Below are positions 24,655 to 30,861 of a stretch of DNA of 30,861 bases, in pieces. The translations under genes were made by a program, and so were the position numbers. Numbering within the stretch: the first letter of the stretch is position 1; the number at the start of each line of letters is the position of its first letter. The notes under the pieces were generated by a model, which saw only the letters and a list, made by a program, of their open reading frames with translations, was not told where the DNA came from and did no database searches. This DNA is from a virus (lineage: Duplodnaviria; Heunggongvirae; Uroviricota; Caudoviricetes): the IMG/VR virus record IMGVR_UViG_3300044712_001463; one strand, written 5' to 3'.

Positions 24655-25622
24655 AAAATCCTTACAAGATTTTAGGGGTTTCAGAAAACGCATCTGATGA
24701 TGAGGTCAAGTCAGCATATAGGAAGTTGGCTAAACAATTTCATCCAGATGTAAACCCTAGTAAGGATGCCGAGTCTAAGTTTAAAGAAATAACACACGCA
24801 TACGATACTATAATAAATAAAAAACATGTCCAGGAGTCACAGCAGCCGGACATGAATGAATTCTTCAGAGAAGCATTCCGAGCCCAAGATGAACTCTTTA
24901 GGCGGGCTCGGAATGCTTTTAATTTTTTGCATTCATTGCCGCCAAATGTAGAGATGTTAATCCAAATAGGCTTCCTTGAGGCTTGTTTTGGGTGTGAAAA
25001 GAAAATAGAGTTTCGCGTAAAGGATAAATGTGAAAGTTGTGAAAAAGAAAAAAAGCATAAGCCATGTGTCGTTTGTGGAGGAACTGGTCATCAAAGTATT
25101 AGAAATGGTTTCTTAAATATAACAACCATATGTTCGGCATGTAATGGCACTGGCAGGATAGTAGAATGTTCTGAGTGTGGCGGAAATGAATATATTGAAA
25201 AAACAAAAGTAGTTCAGATAAAAATACCAGCAGGAATAGATACTGGCAATATTTTAAGAGTTCAAGGAGAAGGCAATTGGGACTTTAAGAATGAAAGATT
25301 TGGTGATATTTTAATAAGGATTGAAATCGAAAAACATTCTAATTTTCAGAGAAACGCAAGGGATATATACAGCAAACAAAAGGTTAATTATTATGATTGC
25401 ATATTAGGCTCTGAGATAGATGTTCATACGATACATGGAATAATAAAGTTTAAAATTCCAGAATGCTGTCAAAATAATACAACTCTGAAGATTGATGGAT
25501 TTGGTATTAAAAATCAAGGAAATCATTATCTAACAATAGAAGTAAGTATTCCAAATAAATTAAATAAGAAAGAAAAAAAAATACTAAACAATATAAAAAA
25601 AAATGCTTCACAAAGTATTTAA
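24651..25622 (+). CDS. dnaJ: DnaJ (type I) co-chaperone
   Basis: J-domain with HPD; four CxxC repeats (first and last degenerate in the GxG part); C-terminal IPAGIDTG and TIHG motifs. Confidence 0.93.
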   Translation: MKNPYKILGVSENASDDEVKSAYRKLAKQFHPDVNPSKDAESKFKEITHAYDTIINKKHVQESQQPDMNEFFREAFRAQDELFRRARNAFNFLHSLPPNVEMLIQIGFLEACFGCEKKIEFRVKDKCESCEKEKKHKPCVVCGGTGHQSIRNGFLNITTICSACNGTGRIVECSECGGNEYIEKTKVVQIKIPAGIDTGNILRVQGEGNWDFKNERFGDILIRIEIEKHSNFQRNARDIYSKQKVNYYDCILGSEIDVHTIHGIIKFKIPECCQNNTTLKIDGFGIKNQGNHYLTIEVSIPNKLNKKEKKILNNIKKNASQSI

Positions 25623-25634
25623 ATGTGATATAAT
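25607..25634 (+). promoter_or_regulatory. sigma70-like promoter, 16-bp spacer
   Basis: AAATGC-TTCACA(25607-25612)-N16-TATAAT(25629-25634), with TGA extended -10. Confidence 0.75.
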
Positions 25635-25661
25635 ATACGTGAAATAAAACATGGAGGAAAA

Positions 25662-26936
25662 ATGGTTACTATAAACGTAAATCCAGAAGCTAACAAAAAT
25701 ATGCTTATTATCGGCGCTGGAGAGGCTGGCGGCAGGATAGCATGCGAGTTTTCTCTTCAAGGTTTTCCAAATGTCATTGCAATAAATACTGCAAAAGCTG
25801 ATTTGGATGGACTTGAGTTGTCTGATGATAATAAATTTCTAATTCCAGTCACTAAAGGTGCTGGTGCTGGTAAAGATCCTAACGTTGTAAGAAATGCAAT
25901 TGATAGTTTTTATGAAGATGTTCTTAAGTTTATAAGGTCAAAGGCTGCTGGGGCAGAGTATGTTTTGGTCTGCATAGGCGGTGGCGGTGGAACTGGTGGT
26001 GGACTTGGAATTGTAATGGCTCAGATTGTTTCAGAGATTGGTCTTCCAGTTGGAGTTATTTATACTATCCCTAGGAGCAACGAAGGGACGTTAGTCTTTG
26101 TAAACGCATTGGATAATCTAAAAGAAATCCACCAAAACGCCCAAGATGCAGCCATAAGCCCAATGATTGTAGTTGACAACAATAAGTTAGTTAAAGAATT
26201 TAATCCGACTGCATCAAATTTCTGGGGACCGTTGAATTCAGCAATTGTTAGAGTAGTAAGAAAATTCAATGAATATTCTGTTCAGCCATCAAAGTTCATT
26301 TCTGCTTTGGATAGACAAGATTTAAAGCGCCTCCTTTCTACAGGAGGTGTTTGTGCTATTGGAGAACTTGAGATTTCCGCAGAGTATTCTGAAGAACAAC
26401 TTATGACTCAAATAGCAGAGCATTTCTTTATGGATGGATTTGATTTAAGCACTTCTACTGCTTGTGGAGTTATTGTTACTGGAACAAGTGCAACTCTTGG
26501 AACTAGCTCTTCGGCAAAGTGCATCGAAACCATATTTGATAAAATCAGCCAACTCCTTGGCGGAGGAATGTTCTTCAAGGGTGTATATGAGGATGGAGAC
26601 ACCAAGTTCTTGAAGATTTATGTTATATTTAATGGACTTGCATTACCTAGTGAGCAAATAGATGAAATGATGAAGAGCATAAGAACTGGCTATCAGAAGA
26701 TTAAGACACAGCAAAACCGCCTTGATGGTGTGCATGTGGATTTTGGTTCAGGTGTTGGCGGGATGTTTAATCAACAGTCTGCTTCTAAAAAAATTGTTCG
26801 CAAGTCTTCCGTTAATGTAAATGTTGAGTCAGAGGGTGAGAATGTTGAAAATGTTCCGGTCGCGCCAAATAGCCCGACGCCACAGACGCCTCGAAACCCA
26901 ATAAACATCCCTGGAATTAAAAGGGGTGGAAGATAA
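25662..26936 (+). CDS. Tubulin/FtsZ-family GTPase (phage tubulin, PhuZ/TubZ-like)
   Basis: IIGAGEAGG, AINTAKAD, GAGAGKDP, signature GGGGGTGGG, VDNNKL, T7-like LDRQD; disordered Pro/basic tail. Confidence 0.88.
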   Translation: MVTINVNPEANKNMLIIGAGEAGGRIACEFSLQGFPNVIAINTAKADLDGLELSDDNKFLIPVTKGAGAGKDPNVVRNAIDSFYEDVLKFIRSKAAGAEYVLVCIGGGGGTGGGLGIVMAQIVSEIGLPVGVIYTIPRSNEGTLVFVNALDNLKEIHQNAQDAAISPMIVVDNNKLVKEFNPTASNFWGPLNSAIVRVVRKFNEYSVQPSKFISALDRQDLKRLLSTGGVCAIGELEISAEYSEEQLMTQIAEHFFMDGFDLSTSTACGVIVTGTSATLGTSSSAKCIETIFDKISQLLGGGMFFKGVYEDGDTKFLKIYVIFNGLALPSEQIDEMMKSIRTGYQKIKTQQNRLDGVHVDFGSGVGGMFNQQSASKKIVRKSSVNVNVESEGENVENVPVAPNSPTPQTPRNPINIPGIKRGGR

Positions 26937-26942
26937 CGGAAG

Positions 26943-27503
26943 GTGACTAAATTGGCCTGGTGGATTGTAAACATAACAAGCGGATACGAGCAAAAGGTTA
27001 AAAACACGCTCGACACAACACAGGATCTTAAAAAGATTGATAAAACAGTCTTGGTCCCAGTGTTGAAAAAGAAGAAGTTTCATCGGGATAAGTTGTATTT
27101 TTATACCGAAAAACTTTTTCCTGGATATGTTTTTTTCCAATGTGCCGACTCGGATTTGGAAGCGATTGTAACCACAGTCGTTAACATCCCTGGCATTCTT
27201 AACATGTCTAGTATAAAAGGAATAAGACATGTTGTTTTGCCGATTCAGGACAGGGAAATGGATTATGTTTTTAGATATATTTGTGACAGTAAAGACAGAA
27301 CCAACAATGCTCTTGATGGACTGAATATTATTAGAAAGAAAGTTAAAATAGTAGAAGGTCCATTCTGTAATTTTGAGGGTATTGTCCTAGAGGCGCATAA
27401 GGCAGCCAATAAAGAAACAAAACTAAAGATTTGCACAAATATGTTTAACAATGAGCTATCAACTGTGGTAGTTCCAATTTCTCAAGTAGAACTAATAGCT
27501 TAG
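26943..27503 (+). CDS. nusG: NusG-family transcription elongation/antitermination factor
   Basis: WWIVNITSGYEQKV, LFPGYVFF, KOW motif KVKIVEGPFCNFEGIV; GTG start. Confidence 0.88.
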   Translation: MTKLAWWIVNITSGYEQKVKNTLDTTQDLKKIDKTVLVPVLKKKKFHRDKLYFYTEKLFPGYVFFQCADSDLEAIVTTVVNIPGILNMSSIKGIRHVVLPIQDREMDYVFRYICDSKDRTNNALDGLNIIRKKVKIVEGPFCNFEGIVLEAHKAANKETKLKICTNMFNNELSTVVVPISQVELIA

Positions 27504-27511
27504 GTGAAAAT

Positions 27512-27874
27512 ATGCTAGCAGATTGCCCAAAGTGCGGACCAAGTCAAGAAATAAAGATGGAGAAAGAGACTGAAATTGTTCGTTGCGTTGAATGCAAGGA
27601 AGAGGTTAATGTTAGCAGCTTCTTCAAGAACATGATGAAGTCTAAAAATGAATTCTTTGACCCTAGGGCTAAGTTAAAGATTCCCGAGGGAGGCATGATG
27701 ACAAAATGCCTAAATTGTCAAAATGATTTTAGTGCAGAAATAGAAAAAGATACAAAAAAGGTTTTTTGTCCTCATTGCAAACAAGAGGCTAGATTATCAG
27801 ATATAGTCAAAGAAAGACTATTGGAAAACAAGATATTTCCAGGAACTACCAAGGCTTTGATGGAAGAAAAGTAA
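27512..27874 (+). CDS. Double zinc-ribbon protein
   Basis: CPKC..CVEC and CLNC..CPHC. Confidence 0.7.
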   Translation: MLADCPKCGPSQEIKMEKETEIVRCVECKEEVNVSSFFKNMMKSKNEFFDPRAKLKIPEGGMMTKCLNCQNDFSAEIEKDTKKVFCPHCKQEARLSDIVKERLLENKIFPGTTKALMEEK

Positions 27875-27913
27875 TAAAATAAGAAATTAATTAATCTATT
27901 TTTGATGAAAATT

Positions 27914-27931
27914 TTATAAAAAATTATTATA
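27914..27931 (+). promoter_or_regulatory. Candidate late-promoter motif
   Basis: ATTTTATAAAAAATTATTATA in the intergenic gap. Confidence 0.55.
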
Positions 27932-27992
27932 TAAAGCATATATTTTATGCTTATGCATAAAAAAATAATCTATAAAAACAAGGAGAAATAAC

Positions 27993-28664
27993 ATGGCCGC
28001 AAATATTCCTGATTTAACCGCCCCAGTAACAAGAGGGCAGGTAGCATCTATTGGAGTCGTTGGAAACATAGGAACTGCAAAGGGTGGCTCTACGAACATC
28101 GCTGGAGCCGCTGGTGCAGCTGGTGCCACCGCAGGAACAGTTGGTGGATCAGTTACCAATGGTATCTCATCTTTCAATCAGGCTCCAGTAAATCCTAGCA
28201 CCTTTACAAAGGATGTTAACCAGGGTGGTGGAACAATTGCAAACAATACAAGTTCTTCTAACCCAGCAAGTGGACAGGAGCAGGTAGGAGTTGCTAAGGA
28301 TGGTGAAACCGTTGCTTCCACATCTAGCGGTTCACTAAATGCTCTAGGAATCTCTGAAGAGACCAAATTCCCAGATGCCAACGTAATTGTTGAGCGCCCA
28401 GCAAACGGACTATTTGCAACTAGTGCAAACTCAACCGTTGCAGGAAACAGAGTAAATATTGCTGGAATCTCTAACAAGAGGACCCTTGGCTCAGTAAGCG
28501 ATATTACAAATATAACAAATGAAAACAATATGGCTAAGAATCAAGCATCTAAATCAATAGGTGGAGCAAAGGCAATAGGTGATCCAACCGTTCAGGATAG
28601 AGATTTGCTACCTGGCGGATTCACTGATAGCAACAAGATTTCGAGCAACCCAGCATCGGAATAA
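27993..28664 (+). CDS. Gly/Ala/Ser/Thr/Asn-rich low-complexity protein (possibly virion-associated)
   Basis: AAGGAG RBS; monocistronic between the late-like motif and a terminator. Confidence 0.7.
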   Translation: MAANIPDLTAPVTRGQVASIGVVGNIGTAKGGSTNIAGAAGAAGATAGTVGGSVTNGISSFNQAPVNPSTFTKDVNQGGGTIANNTSSSNPASGQEQVGVAKDGETVASTSSGSLNALGISEETKFPDANVIVERPANGLFATSANSTVAGNRVNIAGISNKRTLGSVSDITNITNENNMAKNQASKSIGGAKAIGDPTVQDRDLLPGGFTDSNKISSNPASE

Positions 28665-28692
28665 CTAAGTAAAATACAAATGAGAGATAAAC

Positions 28693-28730
28693 AATAGGAG
28701 CAAGGATTTTTCCTTGTTCCTATTTGTTTT
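28693..28730 (+). terminator. Intrinsic terminator
   Basis: AATAGGAGCAAGGA-TTTT-TCCTTGTTCCTATT (14 bp, one G-U) followed by TGTTTT. Confidence 0.8.
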
Positions 28731-28733
28731 TAG

Positions 28734-28761
28734 TTGATTTTTATTTGAATTTAGGTATAAT
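28734..28761 (+). promoter_or_regulatory. sigma70-like promoter, 16-bp spacer
   Basis: TTGATT(28734-28739)-N16-TATAAT(28756-28761). Confidence 0.7.
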
Positions 28762-28789
28762 AAGAGCAACAGCCCTCTTAGGAGACTCA

Positions 28790-29446
28790 ATGGATATATC
28801 TAAGCTCATAGATCATACCTATCTAAAGCCATATGCTTCTTTCCAAGACATAGAAAAACTTTGTAATGAAGCAGTAGAAAATAAAACATTTTCAGTTTGT
28901 GTTGCTCCTTGTTGGGCAAGACCAGCTTCTGGTCTTTTATTCAACAAAGGAAAGGGAGAAATAAAAACCTGTTCCGTTATTGGTTTTCCACATGGAAATA
29001 GCATCCTTACATCAAAGATAAATGAAATAGTTTCCTTGGAGGATGTTGCTGACGAGTTTGATATAGTAATAAATCTAGGAAATGTTAAGAGTGAATTTTG
29101 GTGGAGAGTAGAAGAAGAAATTAAAATTATGAGGGCAGTTACAGTCAAGCCAATCAAATATATCATAGAAATAGGAGTATTGACTCCAGGAGAAGTTAAA
29201 AGAATTTGTGATATATTGATAAAAAATAGAATAGATTTTGTGAAAACATCAACTGGAGTTATTGACCGTGGAGCCACGGTTGATGACATAAAGTTTCTTA
29301 AGGAATATTGCAAGGGAGCAATTAAAATAAAAGCTTCAGGAGGAATTAAAACATTCGAAAACGCGAAGGCTCTTATTGAGGCTGGAGCCGACAGGATAGG
29401 ATGCTCTGTATCAGTTGAATTAATCAAACAATCAAAAATCTCTTGA
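28790..29446 (+). CDS. deoC: Deoxyribose-phosphate aldolase
   Basis: LIDHTYLKP, VIGFPHG, EFDIVIN, FVKTSTG (Schiff-base Lys), IKASGGI, GADRIG; AGGAG RBS before ATG 28790. Confidence 0.95.
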   Translation: MDISKLIDHTYLKPYASFQDIEKLCNEAVENKTFSVCVAPCWARPASGLLFNKGKGEIKTCSVIGFPHGNSILTSKINEIVSLEDVADEFDIVINLGNVKSEFWWRVEEEIKIMRAVTVKPIKYIIEIGVLTPGEVKRICDILIKNRIDFVKTSTGVIDRGATVDDIKFLKEYCKGAIKIKASGGIKTFENAKALIEAGADRIGCSVSVELIKQSKIS

Positions 29447-29450
29447 GGCA

Positions 29451-29945
29451 ATGAGCATGCGTAAAAATAAGAGGATAGATTGGGATGGATTTAATTCTCT
29501 TATCGATGAAGTAGTAAGGCAAATACATGCTAGCAAAAAAACATACAAATGGGTCATATCTCTAAATAGAGGCGGATGCATTCCCGGTGTAGTCATATCT
29601 CATAGACTTAATGCAAATCATGGCGTCTTCACCGTGCAGTCATATAACGGCAAAGAGAAGATGAAAGAAGTTAAGCATGATTTATATATATCAATGTTGG
29701 GTCAGATTCATCCAAGTGATAGAATATTGATAGTTGACGATATTTTAGATAGCGGGGATAGCCTCAAGGCTGTAATGAAAAAGATTCCAAAAATAGATTC
29801 TGATATAAAAAATATAGACACGGCAGTTCTTTGCTATAAGCCAAAATCTTCAGTTACTCCTACATATTATGGCGAAGAAGTAAGCGGTCATACATGGGTA
29901 TCTTTCCCATGGGAGAGTGATAATCAAGATGAGCATAGAAAATAA
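29451..29945 (+). CDS. Type I phosphoribosyltransferase (purine salvage, Gpt/Hpt-like)
   Basis: LNRGGCIPG, PRPP loop ILIVDDILDSGDSL, WVSFPWE. Confidence 0.88.
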   Translation: MSMRKNKRIDWDGFNSLIDEVVRQIHASKKTYKWVISLNRGGCIPGVVISHRLNANHGVFTVQSYNGKEKMKEVKHDLYISMLGQIHPSDRILIVDDILDSGDSLKAVMKKIPKIDSDIKNIDTAVLCYKPKSSVTPTYYGEEVSGHTWVSFPWESDNQDEHRK

Positions 29946-30258
29946 AATAAAAGAATTAGCATCAAATATTGATGAACTATTTGAAATTTTCTATTGCGGC
30001 TATGACGGAATGATTATCTCGGCACATCAAGTTAAAAAATCGGGGCTCAATGCCGAGTATTTCTCGGCAAAATATACAGATGCAATCAAGTCATTAAGGG
30101 TTGATGATTTAAATCTCAAAGACTTAGTGGCATACTATGATAAGTATGTTATAATGGTAAGATCTTTTAATATGGGTTATGTTTGTCTAATACTAGAACC
30201 AGGCGCGAATGTTGGAAGAGCAAGAATAGAATTAAATAAATTGAAGGAGGAAGATTAA
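29929..30258 (+). CDS. Roadblock/LC7 (MglB-like) domain protein
   Basis: GYDGMIISAH...YVCLIL...NVGRARIEL pattern; ~110 aa. Confidence 0.6.
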   Translation: MSIENKIKELASNIDELFEIFYCGYDGMIISAHQVKKSGLNAEYFSAKYTDAIKSLRVDDLNLKDLVAYYDKYVIMVRSFNMGYVCLILEPGANVGRARIELNKLKEED

Positions 30259-30259
30259 A

Positions 30260-30499
30260 ATGGACCAACCACAAGCGCCTCCATTATCAACAACGATAAA
30301 GTGTAATCACTGTAAATTAGATGTTACATTTAGTAGCCCAAAAGAAAAGGTATCCTGTCCTAGATGTGGATGCGGAGTCTTTAATACGCTTCACGTTGGA
30401 AATTCAAATTATCCAAGCATACAAACTCCTACTTATAATAATCCTAACGATAGAGCCGTCAAGAAGAACGACGGAACATACCTAAACCGTAACCAATAA
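30260..30499 (+). CDS. Small zinc-ribbon protein
   Basis: CNHC and CPRCGC; AAGGAGG RBS. Confidence 0.65.
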   Translation: MDQPQAPPLSTTIKCNHCKLDVTFSSPKEKVSCPRCGCGVFNTLHVGNSNYPSIQTPTYNNPNDRAVKKNDGTYLNRNQ

Positions 30500-30861
30500 T
30501 GTTAATAGATTTAAGAGACAAAAATCATCTGTCGATAGCGTTTCGCTATAATCAACAAACGATAGAGATTATAAAACAAATGCCCACTCGGGCATTTGAT
30601 AAGAAAACCTCAACGTGGGTAATTCCCATCCTAGATCTTTTTGTCCTCAAGAAAATACTAAAAGAAAATTCTATAGATGCAGAAATAACAGAAAAAGCAA
30701 AATTTAGGTATCTTGAAGTTGCAAAAGAATATGGTGCAATTAAGGATATTGCTGCAAAGAATGACACGGACTTTCAGGCAAAGGGTCTCTTGGATACAGC
30801 TAAACTTTATCCATTTCAGAAGGTCGCTGTTGAATTCTTAAAAGAATCAAAGAGTGGGTTG
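30499..30861 (+). CDS. HARP-like domain plus start of an SNF2-like helicase, 3'-truncated (not in ORF track)
   Basis: TAATG coupling; MLIDL...FRYNQQTIEIIKQMPTRAFDKKTSTWVIP (HARP-like) then LYPFQKVAVEFL (Q-motif-like); open to the window end. Confidence 0.75.
   Translation, partial: MLIDLRDKNHLSIAFRYNQQTIEIIKQMPTRAFDKKTSTWVIPILDLFVLKKILKENSIDAEITEKAKFRYLEVAKEYGAIKDIAAKNDTDFQAKGLLDTAKLYPFQKVAVEFLKESKSGL

Noticed and set aside
25662-26936. Claiming a nucleus-forming (chimallin) phage from the tubulin gene
   Set aside because: No chimallin or phage RNA polymerase subunit is in the window, and tubulins also occur in phages that do not form a nucleus.
27971-27980. Extra TATAAAAA matches (27971, 25592, 24462) as late promoters
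   Set aside because: They lack the TTATAAAAAA-NNANTAYA context, and two are inside coding sequence; expected by chance in AT-rich DNA.
28819-29451. 210-aa minus-strand ORF, and the other antisense or alternate-frame ORFs in the track (for example 22566-22967, 26829-27230, 28178-28528, 13548-13889)
   Set aside because: They lie wholly over well-supported genes, lack an RBS or recognisable motifs, and are typical shadow ORFs.
1-30861. Alternative genetic code (TAG or TGA recoding, as in some large phages)
   Set aside because: Recognisable proteins are full length in the standard code, and TAA, TGA and TAG all end genes at sensible coupled boundaries (for example TAG at 4641 and 27503, TGA at 12570 and 22956).

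Overview
This window reads as a slice of a large, AT-rich dsDNA phage (jumbo/huge-phage-like) genome; this is inferred from gene content and layout, since no capsid or terminase gene is in view. It uses the standard genetic code, is densely packed, and almost everything is on the + strand. The left ~7.7 kb holds small hypothetical and membrane genes, a GNAT, an antisense HNH endonuclease and groES. The segment at 8.1-14.7 kb encodes a complete four-enzyme deamidating NAD+ salvage route (NadD, PncA, PncB, glutamine-dependent NadE). Embedded in it are a pyrimidine-dimer-glycosylase-like gene and a DIP1984/DUF6847-like gene followed by a ~200-nt nested-stem RNA with a G-poor repeat loop. The segment at 16-27.9 kb is rich in ATPases and chaperones: an ExeA-like P-loop protein, radical SAM, Ycf46-like AAA, ClpX, DUF1257, DUF2997, a second AAA, DnaJ, a tubulin/FtsZ-family protein and NusG. 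The right end has deoC, a phosphoribosyltransferase, a roadblock-like protein and the truncated start of a HARP/SNF2-like helicase. Two promoter classes are visible: eleven sigma70-like promoters that all have a 16-bp spacer, and an AT-rich motif (TTATAAAAAA-NNANTAYA) found four times that may be a phage late promoter. All family calls come from motif recognition by eye; no database searches or folding programs were run.
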